Part shown: piece by piece, positions 40,637-52,300 of the stretch | Position numbering within the stretch: position 1 is the stretch's first letter | How the letters are laid out: every line of letters starts with the position of its first letter | Assembly (NCBI RefSeq): GCF_022539665.2 | Contig: NC_081331.1 | Coordinates: 6,448,001 to 6,512,000 of the forward strand | DNA from: Daphnia carinata | Taxonomy: Eukaryota | DNA length: 64,000 bases | Reading direction: 5' to 3' | The notes under the pieces: model-generated | The model's database searches: none | Seen by the model: only the letters and a program-made list of their open reading frames with translations | Told to the model about the DNA's origin: nothing | Position numbers and translations under genes: made by a program

Positions 40637-41730
40637 ATGGCTGAAGATCCACAAAAGTTGCTTTTCCGCATGCAGCATATCATTCCACGAAAACTGTCTC
40701 CAGCTGCAGATGTTTATCACAGAGATGCAACAGCATCATCTTCACATGCCTTTCCAATGGATATTGAATTTCAAATGACATGGGGAAAAGTAGCTGGTAG
40801 GGCAAACACAAAGTGAGGAGTATGTCTGTAGAATGAACTAATTATAAAACTGTACCATTGCTTATTTAAACAGCTAAAGTTTGGGGGCCACCTGATGGAA
40901 GACCAGTATTTGCCTTGCATGGATGGTTGGATAATGCTGGTACCTTTGATACCTTGATACCTTTACTGCCAAAAAATTTACGGATAGTTGCTGTTGACAC
41001 AGCCGGCCATGGACTGAGTGACCATTATCCTCCTGATATTGCCTACAACTTTTTTGACTGCCTTGTTGCGATTGAGAGGCTAGCTGGCCTCCTCAAATGG
41101 AAAAAATTTTCCCTGATTGGGCACTCAATGGGGGCTGCTATGTCTATGCTCTATGCAGGAGTTTTTCCTGAAAAAGTAGACACTCTGGTCTGTCTTGATT
41201 TAGCTAGAGCAGAGGTGACCAGACCTGAAACAGTTGGCTACAGATTAAGAAAAACAGTCGGAAAATTGCTCAAATACGAGGCTGCCATTGCCTCAGGCCA
41301 AGAAAAACCTTTCACTTATGAAATTGCTATTGAAAAAAGCATAAGCGGATCATTTGGATCGCTCAACAAAGATGCATGTGAGGTGCTACTTAAGCGGGGA
41401 CTTAAACAAGTTGACGGTGGCTACGTATTTCGTAGAGATAGACGATTGATGGCTGCCCCGTTAACTTTAACGCCTAAAGAAGATCAATTGGCTATGGCAA
41501 GAGAAGTTACGGCTAATGTTTTGATCATCAAATTTGCACAGGGACCAGACTTTGAAAGTCGCGATAATTTCATGGAACATGTTGAAAATCTCAAAGCAAA
41601 AGCCAAAAACGTTTGTTTTGTGGAAGTAGACGGGACCCACCATGTGCATCTAACCAATCCAGATCGTGTTGCATCCATTATTTCCGATTTTTTTAATGCA
41701 CCCAGTAGTAATCTACATATTAGTTTGTAG
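40637..41730 (+). CDS. Serine hydrolase-like (kraken/SERHL family) alpha/beta hydrolase, copy 2 (2 coding exons)
   Basis: HGWLDNAGTFD, GHSMG, RDRRL, DGTHHVHL; collinear with copy 1. Confidence 0.92.
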
Positions 41731-42298
41731 CAAATTTCTGTTCCCGTTCACCGGAAGTTATTTAACGTTAAAATTGATAATCAGCAATAAGGAGAGCCCG
41801 CAAGAAGAAAAAAACATTGAAACGTTAATAGTTATAGCAAAATCCACTTTAGTCCCGCTATAACAAACAAATTTGAAAATTTAAAAATAGTAGAATGGAA
41901 GAGAAAGGGAAAAAAAAATAAAATCTGAAATATAATAAAAACAAAGACGGCTGCAATCTTTATAAAATGAATTTGTGACATCTAATCTTACAAATATTAC
42001 GACAGATGGCAGACTCGTAATGCTTACATTTTTTCTTATCGATTTGTTTATTTATTTTCGTGAAATAGCATAAAGAAAGTGGCAGCAGTGCACCTAATTT
42101 ACCATTTCACAGCATAAAGAAGTGATAAAAATTCGACATTGCGATAAACTTAACAAGACGTCGTTTGTTTCTTACAAGTGAATTGCTAAATAGTTGTGTT
42201 TTTAGACGCTAAACATTGCTTTAACCAACCTATAGTGCAAACTAATAATATACCAATCCGCTGAACCATCAGGCACAAGCAAAGGAGCTAAATAATAT

Positions 42299-44149
42299 AT
42301 GGAGAACAATATGGACGATTTCCAGATCGTCTTTTCCATGCCAAAAGCTGTAAGTTTAAAGTAACAAAATCGCTAACTTATTAGATTCAACTAAGTGTGG
42401 TTAGCTCCTTCAGTTTTTGGAACTATGGTGTAAATAAATGAAGAGCTTGATCACAACATTGTCTATGCAAAGCAGACTGAATGTAAGTGTCATCCTTTCC
42501 AGAACTTCTTTGCGAAGCAGGCAACCAAAGTTATTGAAGGATTTTCATTTAGCAAACTTTAATTAACATGCAACTAGTATTTAAAAATGGAAAGCACACT
42601 GAATACTATAGCTTTTACATAGTTTAAAATAATGTATATAGGAATTACATGCCCATTTGAATGGCTCACTGAGTCAAGCTACTATAAAAAAGTTAATGGA
42701 TCTTAAAACGTCACATCTATGTGAAGATGTCTACCAGCTTCAGACAATGTTTGCAAAATTGAGTGAAGATCACAACAAAACACTGGATGAGTACATTAGA
42801 GATTTGGATAGTTAAACAAATTTATCCTAAGATCAATTCTAAAGATGCTTTCAGGTTTTTAAAATAATCCACCAGCTGACTGACAGTGAAGAAAGCATTT
42901 ACATAGCTACAGTTGATGTGATAAAAGAGTTTTCCGAGGAAAACGTTTTGTACCTGGAATTACGAACCACACCGCGTGAAATTGGCGGATCGTTTGAAAC
43001 CTACGTAAGCGCTGTAATTAGAGCAATTGAGTAAGTGTGAAAAAAAAAAGTATTATAGTAAAAGTTCTCTTTCCCTTTTAATGAATATCTTTCCCCGTAC
43101 TTCTAAAAGTGACTGTCGCAAAGAAAATGTTCCCATCCTTGTTAAACTTTTGCTATCTATTGACCGAAGCAAGGGATTTGATATAGCAAAACAAATTGTT
43201 GACTTAACTATTTCACTCGGACATACTCGTAACGATGTAGTCGTCGGATTGGATGTATCGGGAAACATGGCTAACTCTGATATTACAGATTATTTCCCGC
43301 TGCTTTATAAAATTAAGGACGCTGGGTTAAAGCTTACTGGTAACATATATACCGAAAAAGAAACTCAAAGAAGGTCGTTATAGTTTCCTTTACTTATAGT
43401 GCACACTGCCGAAGTTAGGAATGACGCAGAAGCCGAAGCTATTTTGCGACTGAAGCCTGATCGCATAGGACATGGAACATTTATTTCTCCATCACTAACT
43501 GGTAGCTCACACTTGATCCATCTTCTGAAGGAAACGACTATCCCCGTTGGTGTGTAATTTTCAGTTTACATTACTATATTTAATACAACATATTGAAAAA
43601 AAGTAAATGTATCACATTTGCCAAATCTTATAACACTATATTTTGTCGGTTCGCAGAATTGTGCTTGACGTCAAACAAAGTGTGCAAAACCGTACCTAGC
43701 TTCAAAGATCATCATTGGAAAGTTTTCTTTGATCACGGTATTCCTTTCTCGATTTGCGTAAGTAATTCCAATGCCAGCTCAAGGACTGTTGCCGCTCCAA
43801 TATGTTCGATTTAAAAAAAAGCTATGATATCTAAATGTTTGCCTTTGCCCATTATTTCAGACGGATGATAAGGGGGTTTTTTCAACCAGCCTAAGCCAAG
43901 AATATTTGATCTTAATGCATACATTTAATTTGCCACTTTCTTTGGTAATTGTATAAACTGATTCTCTTGTCTATTTTTTTTTCTAGTTTTAATTGAATTT
44001 AACAGATTTGGAGTTTCTCCTTGAGATCGCTCGCTTATACATTTGCTGCCGAAAGCGAAAACACATATTTGCGCAAGGTGTGGGACAAATGGGAGCAAAA
44101 CAATACAGGTTTGATGAGCAATGCAGAGAAGAAAAATAATTTTATGTAA
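42299..44149 (+). CDS. ADAL: Adenosine deaminase-like protein (N6-methyl-AMP deaminase), multi-exon
   Basis: MPKA|ELHAHLNGSL, CFQVFKIIHQLT, YLELRTTPR, VVGLDVSGN, HTAE, PDRIGHGT, ELCLTSN, IC|TDDKGVFSTSLSQEY. Confidence 0.92.
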
Positions 44150-44822
44150 ACCGCTAAAGTTGTAAACAGTGTTATTTGATTGTGAATTAAACACGATTTT
44201 TCCGTTCCGTGATTAAACCGTTTTTCCCGTGTATTTCTGATCTTGTGAAAAATAAGAAGTTAATTTTCGTAATTCTCGTTGATTTGAATCTAGACACGTT
44301 CATTACTTAATTGAAGATTTTGGAAATTTCTTTGCTTTCTAATTAAATCTTTGGGACAAAATTTTAAGCCCCACGATATAAGCCCGGCCTTCTGTGTTTT
44401 TGTGTGTTTAATTCCAAAACTATAAGACCAATTAAAAATAAACTTTATATTCGTTATTAGCCTTCCATTCTGCATCGAAATCTTGTATTTTAAGCCAAAT
44501 TTGAAATTTGGCTAAAATTGAAAAGTAAAAGGCCATTGCCTTCTCACGTTTTCAATTTTCTTCCTTCTCTCACGTCTTTATCCGTTATCCGTTATCCGGC
44601 AATCCGTTTTATATGGCAATCCGTTTTACATTAAAAAAAAAAAAAAAAAATGGCGGAAAAAAAATAAAAAATCGCACTTTTTTCTTTTTTTCCGACACGT
44701 AGCCATCTACCGCTCAGACTCATTATTACTGGCGTAGGCAATTTCAGTCCATTGGATGCCATTCGCAGTTAGTTCAGTAGCGTGGATGGAGAATAACGCG
44801 TGGCTGGAGGAACAATTGAAAA

Positions 44823-45554
44823 ATGGATAAGATAATACAACAAAAGGATGGTAAGTATAAACATTATTATATTTGTTTTGAATTATTTATTATTGTTTAT
44901 TAGATCAAATTATGGACCTGCAGGCTCAATTATTGCAACAGCACAAAATATTAGATAACAGCAAAGCTAAGGATGGTAAGGCCTAATACATAATGATTCT
45001 ATTTATTTGCTTTTATTCATTTGTGTTTTGTAGCTCAAAGTTTGAGTCTACAAGCTCAGCTAGGGGAAAAGAACAAATTGGAACGGAACAGTTTCCAAAC
45101 AGTGAAGGAGGTTTTTCCAAACTCAAATCTAACTGAACATGAGGATGAATTGGCATTAGGCGAACACAGTCAGGTACCTAAACTTTTCAAATAAGAATTC
45201 AAAATAAGTATAGAATTTCAACAAACAATTATTTATTGTTTAGTTATTCAGTCCACCACCTGACAGTGTGTTAAATTTAAATTCTGTTAGTGCTGCACAA
45301 AAAGAATCGTTAGTAATAAGCCCATGCAGTGAAGGAAGTGAACAATTGTGGGACCGTTTTTGGGCCGAAAATGGGTGTGGTACGGGAACCCAGAAATGGC
45401 ATGAGTTCAACATCAAACATGGATTAGGTACTTTTCGGTTTTATGTCTATTGAAAAAGTATTTTTAATGCTATTATTTTGCATTCACAGAATTTAATGGG
45501 GGATCAAATCAAGTCTGGAAGTGTTACAGGATGGAAGAGTCAGCCTACAGATGA
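44823..45554 (+). CDS. Cryptic 5-exon ORF (~160 aa) inside the TIR element; N-terminal coiled-coil-like repeat
   Basis: Four short GT-AG introns with matching phases (1,1,0,1) give MDKIIQQKD|DQIMDLQAQLLQQ..KD|AQSLSLQAQL..HSQ|LFSPPP..KHGL|EFNGG..SAYR*. Confidence 0.45.
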
Positions 45555-48500
45555 AAAAACACTGAGAGTGTATTACCATTAAGGTATGAGGTAAAGTAAT
45601 AGAGTATGCACATTGTCTAATGAGAAGTACCATCTTGTGTTAATAAATCCAGTACAATAGCAATCCTTTATAGTTCTGTCACAGCTAGAAACCTCAAATA
45701 ATTCTGCTTCTCTGTCTAAAGAACAACTTGTCCTTTACGTTCAGAGTGTTGGGGAAACTGGGTACTTAAATGGCCCTAAAGATGTTTTAATTTTGCTGCC
45801 ATTGCAGAGATGAACATCATACGTGGACTCTTTAGGTATGAAAGGATTTTTCTTCAAATAATTTTGAATTTATGACGAAGAATTTCTCCTCCTTTTTGCC
45901 AACCAGGTCTAATCTACCAAAAAAAATTTTATCCAATAGGAAAGGATTTTCATGTACTGGGAACACAACTATCAACAATGCAACATTGTACAGGTGCTAG
46001 TTTATCATTCAAGAGCCTTATACAATGATGTTAATCTGCAATTTGTATGTCCTTCCCCAAGCTTCCACCAGAAGTTGAATCTATGAGTCATGTAAGTTAC
46101 ATGATCAACAGTTGATATGTTTAACGGTGTTGTTTTTCTTTTCTCAATATAGGTTAATAGTAACATTGGATCTGAAAAAATTCTTGGTTGGGGCAAGACA
46201 CTGAATAAATTGTATTGATTGGATGGATGACATGACATTTCTGTACTTAATTCGGATTCCCCAGACGGTATTTGATATTAAAAAAATTGAAGTGCATATC
46301 TGGGCTCCCTTCTTTTCTGAAGCCCCGTTTCCCCTTGACTCGTAATAAGCCCGTAGGGGGTCATGCCCCTACTGTACGGTATATATAAAAACAACATATA
46401 CCGAGGTTTGGAGGGCTCTGGCCGGAAAGGGGACGTGGGGTGCCGCTTAGTCCGATGATGTGTTCACGGAGGGCGATGTGGCTACCCACAAATCCGAACT
46501 AAAGGTTAATCGCTCCTGTAAAAATGTTCCAAATCTTCAGCTCTTCTTCCGGCTTCTCTTAGCCAATCACCGGGTAATCTCCCCGGTGGGTCAACAAGGC
46601 AGTGTCTCCCCCTGCCTGGGTTGACGGCAACTTTTGAAAGGGCAATTTTGCCTTTTTAAAGTTGCAAAAATAATTGTAATGTGCAGAGAATTGTCAATAA
46701 AATTTTTTTTATAAAATATTTTTTGCAAAATTTGTTTCTTTCACTGTCTGTGTTCACACATTACAATTATCATCTTTTTTTTTTTTTTTTGCTATGCTTG
46801 TTTTTGTCACCTTTGATGGTAAGCATTGTTTCCATTGGTTTATCGTTTATCTGTAAGTATTCAGTTATTATTTATTACACTCTTTGAATTCTTCTACTTT
46901 GATTCAAGGAACAACGTGTAATATCTGGATATTTTTTGGAAGTAATTTTGTATTTTTTTTACTCGTATGGGAACCGATCCCCAGACATTCAGCGTGCAAC
47001 GCCGATGCTCTAACATTGAGCCACGAGATATATCTAAATATTTTATTATCGCATATCATATGTTATCGCCTAGGATGTTTATTCAGTCTTTCACAACTAT
47101 ATGTTTATCTTTCTATTGCTTTCAAAGGTTCATACTCTGTGGTAGAGCCTTTATGAACCTGTTGACCCTAGATTTCAAACCTATAGTAGATGTGTAAACA
47201 TCCTGATGTAACATAAATGTAATAAAATATATTAGATATATCTCGTGGCTTTTCAATGTTAAATGCATCGTCCACAATGTCTGACTAGAAAAAAAAATAC
47301 AAAATTGACATCATATCCAGATATTACATTGTTCTCAATTAAGTAGAAGAATTCAAAACATCCAGTGTAATAAATAATAATTGAATACTTACAGATAAAC
47401 GATAAACCAATGGAAACAATGCTTACCATCAAAGGTGACAAAAACAAATCAAAGCAAAAAAAAAAAAAAAAGATGATAATTGTAATGTGTGAACACAGAC
47501 AGTGAAAGAAACAAATTTTGCAAAAAATATTTTATAAAAAAAATTTTATTGACAATTCTCTGCACATTACAATTATTTTTGCAACTTTAAAAAGGCAAAA
47601 TTGCCCTTTCAAAAGTTGCCGTCAACCCAGGCAGGGGGAGACACTGCCTTGTTGACCCACCGGGGAGATTACCCGGTGATTGGCTAAGAGAAGCCGGAAG
47701 AAGAGCTGAAGATTTGGAACATTTTTACAGGAGCGATTAACCTTTAGTTCGGATTTGTGGGTAGCCACATCGCCCTCCGTGAACACATCATCGGACTAAG
47801 CGGCACCCCACGTCCCCTTTCCGGCCAGAGCCCTCCAAACCTCGGTATATGTTGTTTTTATATATACCGTACAGTAGGGGCATGACCCCCTACGGGCTTA
47901 TTACGAGTCAAGGGGAAACGGGGCTTCAGAAAAGAAGGGAGCCCAGATATGCACTTCAATTTTTTTAATATCAAATACCGTCTGGGGAATCCGAATTAAG
48001 TACAGAAATGTCATGTCATCCATCCAATCAATACAATTTATTCAGTGTCTTGCCCCAACCAAGAATTTTTTCAGATCCAATGTTACTATTAACCTATATT
48101 GAGAAAAGAAAAACAACACCGTTAAACATATCAACTGTTGATCATGTAACTTACATGACTCATAGATTCAACTTCTGGTGGAAGCTTGGGGAAGGACATA
48201 CAAATTGCAGATTAACATCATTGTATAAGGCTCTTGAATGATAAACTAGCACCTGTACAATGTTGCATTGTTGATAGTTGTGTTCCCAGTACATGAAAAT
48301 CCTTTCCTATTGGATAAAATTTTTTTTGGTAGATTAGACCTGGTTGGCAAAAAGGAGGAGAAATTCTTCGTCATAAATTCAAAATTATTTGAAGAAAAAT
48401 CCTTTCATACCTAAAGAGTCCACGTATGATGTTCATCTCTGCAATGGCAGCAAAATTAAAACATCTTTAGGGCCATTTAAGTACCCAGTTTCCCCAACAC

Positions 48501-48882
48501 TCTGAATGTAAAGGACAAGTTGTTCTTTAGACAGAGAAGCAGAATTATTTGAGGTTTCTAGCTGTGACAGAACTATAAAGGATTGCTGTTGTACTGGATT
48601 TATTAACACAAGATGGTACTTCTCATTAGACAATGTGCATACTCTATTACTTTACCTCATACCTTAATGGTAATACACTCTCAGTGTTTTTTCATCTGTA
48701 GGCTGACTCTTCCATCCTGTAACACTTCCAGACTTGATTTGATCCCCCATTAAATTCTGTGAATGCAAAATAATAGCATTAAAAATACTTTTTCAATAGA
48801 CATAAAACCGAAAAGTACCTAATCCATGTTTGATGTTGAACTCATGCCATTTCTGGGTTCCCGTACCACACCCATTTTCGGC
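45364..48882. repeat. ~3.5 kb palindrome (inverted duplication), axis near 47141
   Basis: 45364 GCCGAAAATGGGTGTGG mirrors CCACACCCATTTTCGGC ending at 48882. The ORF track shows identical peptides on opposite strands (46005-46238 - and 48008-48241 +). Arms are nearly identical to about 46870/47375 and degrade towards the centre. Confidence 0.97.
46961..47030 (-). pseudogene. Degenerate tRNA-like sequence (Ala-TGC-like pseudo-tRNA or SINE head)
   Basis: Minus strand TGGCTCAATGTTAGAGCA (A-box/D arm), TCGGC-GTTGCAC-GCTGA anticodon arm, GGGATCGGTTCCC degenerate T arm; poor acceptor stem. Confidence 0.4.
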
Positions 48883-49319
48883 AGTCTTTATGGCAATATT
48901 AATCAAAGCCACACATTCCACTATGAAATGAATGTTGAAAAGCAAATAAAAACCTGTTGAGATGGATATCAGGAGAATCAGAATAGATCTCAATCAACTT
49001 CAGTTATTCCCTTCCCTATAGTACTTAGTGACATAGCATAATAGATATACTTGCCTCAATTCAGAACCATAGACCAACAGGAAAAGAACCCAGAAATGTA
49101 GCTGTGAAAGCAAATCACTTTAAAACACAGGATCAGGTATAGATCGCCTAAGAGTAGACCTAAAATGCAAAGGCAAAAGTATCGGGCACGATTGCAGTTT
49201 ACCAAGCAAAGTAGCAAAATAAAATAATTATCAAAGAAAATCATATCCACACTTGAGTTGCCGAATGGGTAAGTAACTTACCCAAGTTTGATGCAATCCA
49301 TGGCAATCCGTTTTAACTC

Positions 49320-49351
<32 letters not shown>

Positions 49352-52300
49352 AAAATATCGGGCTTTCTTTTTGTTTTACTGCTATCGACCGGTAGATGGC
49401 GATAGCAGTGAAACGGAAAAAAAGGCCGATAATTTTTTTTTTTTTTTTTTGGGGGGAGGGGTAAAACGGATTGCCATATTTTGTTATCCTTAATTTTAAA
49501 AATGGCTGGTTTAACAAAAAAAAATAATAGATTAATTGAAATGGACGATAATATTTTGATAATGTTGTGTGGTTTACTTTTCTCCAAGGCTATTTTGAGC
49601 AGAAAATGTACCCTCCATCAGCAAACATGCGGCTTTTGATAAGGTACCGATAAATTACCAAAGGAGGGGGCGTTATTAATACATGTTTCATTCCTAGTGT
49701 GAATATATTTTGATTACCCATTTTTAAGGATCTGGGAAATTCGCTGAGCAAGGTGGCACAAAGTCAAGAGTTCCTTTTCACCAGAAAACAACTTTAATGT
49801 TTTAACTTCAACGCGCGGACAACTCGCACAACGGATGACATCCCCTTAACAATAACAAACCATTTGGTCAGCGATTTCAAAACTACGGCAAATTTATGTA
49901 AAAACAGATTACCATTTAACATTTGATGTAGTTTTGGAAACTTCAAAAATGCATTTTAATAGCGTCATACTTTTGCAAAGAAAACTGGTGAATTTACAAG
50001 TTTTAGTACGACTTGTATTATTCGATTTCATATTGGAGAATAGCACCTGGCAACCAAACAACTTAATTAAATTTGAAGCCTTACCTATCAATTTCATCTG
50101 TAGCATATGCAGTTAATCGCTACACGCCAAGACGAAGACTTGTACAACAGAAATAAATCACGAAGCTTTGTTGCATATTCATTTATTTTGTACGGCTCAA
50201 ATGTTAGTAATATAACAGGGTTTTCATCTTCAACCGCCATTTTGGAAAACCCAGACGGTTGCCACTGCAAAAATAATGAAAAAACAAGTTAATCAGATAG
50301 AAACAAGGTGAAATGTTGCTTTTCAACCCTTAGATTTCCCGCAACGAAATGAACGGAAGAGCTTACACGGAAAGGCATTTTTATTGTTCCCGCCGTATAC
50401 CAAAGAACAGCTAGTTATGAGCTTATTCAATCGGCTTAAATAGTGGGGTTGCGCAACAGAAAACAAGCTATAAACCAACCTGAAACAGCTGAATTTTTGC
50501 ACCCACGACAATGGGAATAACCACTTTCGTCACACTATGCAGTATTGGACAGGAAAGCCTAAGATGGATAGGGAATAGTTAATGATCTGCAACGGTTCTT
50601 ATACTGAGGGCATACTAAAAATGTCAACTGAAAAATAATCTTCAAATACAAAATCAGAGGAGGTGTAAAAAATACACAAGTCCTCATAAACAATTACTAT
50701 GACGTGGCGGCTAATTACCCAAGGGACACTACCAAGAATGTTGGAAGAAAACACCGTCAAATAACGCGAGGTGGCATACCTGCAAAATATACCCCGATCA
50801 GTTACGGTAACGAATACGAATTAATACTGATTATCGTTCAATCAGTGGTAGTGACGAGACTTAAAATCTGTCATAAGAATCTTCAAGCAAATGAGATGCG
50901 TCATTCAATCAAGGAATCAACTAACGCGAACCAAACAATACCTTTCTCGAGCAACGTCTTTTGCGATCGTGGGACTTTTTGGAGATGTCACATGGAGTAT
51001 GTGACTTTAGGGCAACATACAACCGTAATCCTGCACCTATGTTGAAGAGAAACTTTAGACATCAACGACAATGAAATGTATCGCAAATGTAATTGTGCAT
51101 TCCTCAGTCTCAATAAATCAGTTTTTGCTACCAGTGTTAAGTCTAGGGTAATTGATGCATCACAGGAAAACAAATTTGTAACAGTACTAATCATACACAC
51201 CCATAACTAAAACGAAGAGGGTTTCAAGAACTGGAGTTTGTAGATCAATGCGTACCATATATAACCTGTCAACAAGAAAAAACGGAATGAACATCTACAT
51301 AGGAACACTAAATCTGTCTTCTAAAATGCCAAATCAGTAATCACCAAATTTTTTATATCATAATATTCATTGGCCTGGACACTTAAATAATTTTGTCATC
51401 ATCTAACAAAATGAATTGTGAACAAACTGAATCTTGCATACCTTGGACTAAAATCCCAGATAACAATAAATGAGGGTGGAAATCAGCATTCATCCTACAA
51501 AAAATGTCAGCATGTAATACAAGAATGAAACAAACCAAAACAAATTCCTATCTCAGACTTATGTCTAATAACATAGATTCAGAACCATGCATGTCTAACA
51601 ATTTGATTGAAGTCATTCAGCAACTTTGTTGCATTTCAGAAAGAATAGTCCTCACTGTGATCAATGGAGATAAACTATGAGAAAACAACTCACATTTTTT
51701 TCCAACAATGTCATGAATGCAGCAACAACCCTGCCAAATAAATTAACATTAGCAAAAACAAAAAAACTGAAAGTTGTGGAAGAAGTTTTTTTTTCATTAC
51801 AATTTCAGATATAAAAATTGTCCTCAAAGTGATCAGCACAGGTCTGTGTTAATCATCATTTAAGCACTATGGATGAAATACATAACAATCATGCATACCT
51901 TCACTTGGCAAGTTTCAGCAAGCTCAGAACTAGATGAGCTTTTCCAGGTTTGACGATATCCTTGTTTTCAACTTCCACCTACACATATTAGTTTATTTAA
52001 TTACATTTTACCATACTTTCATGGGTGTAAAATTTTTTTAAAAATTTAAACTGCTCAGAAAACATCAAGGAGTGCCATTTATGCACAGACATCCTACAAG
52101 ATTCAATTCCACGAAAATGTTAAAAAAAGAATGTAAAATAACCCAACTTACATTTCCGTTTTTGATACCGCGTGGTCCGAAATTCGATGCCGCATGACGT
52201 ACTCGTATGAAAGCTTCCATCCAATGGCGCAACTCGGAGTATCGAGTATGTCACTTGAAAAGTTGAAAAACAGGAAGACTGTATTTAAATAGCTTTTCAA

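Larger units (their letters stand above)
44615..49475. mobile_element. Putative non-autonomous TIR DNA transposon (ISL2EU/PHIS-like ends)
   Basis: Perfect 15-bp TIR GGCAATCCGTTTTAC (44615-44629) / GTAAAACGGATTGCC (49461-49475), flanked by (AT)AT on both sides. Subterminal inverted match GCCATCTACCG (44702) / CGGTAGATGGC (49390). No transposase recognised. Confidence 0.55.

Noticed and set aside
42439..42480. C/D snoRNA in ADAL intron 1 (ATGAAGA...CTGA)
   Set aside because: Imperfect C box, too short, and no terminal stem or recognisable guide.
46301..46630. Hammerhead or HDV-like ribozyme in the GC-rich island
   Set aside because: No CTGATGA/GAAA core or nested double pseudoknot could be traced by eye.
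46961..47030. Functional tRNA-Ala gene
   Set aside because: Acceptor and T stems pair poorly and the TTC of the T loop is missing; kept only as tRNA-like.
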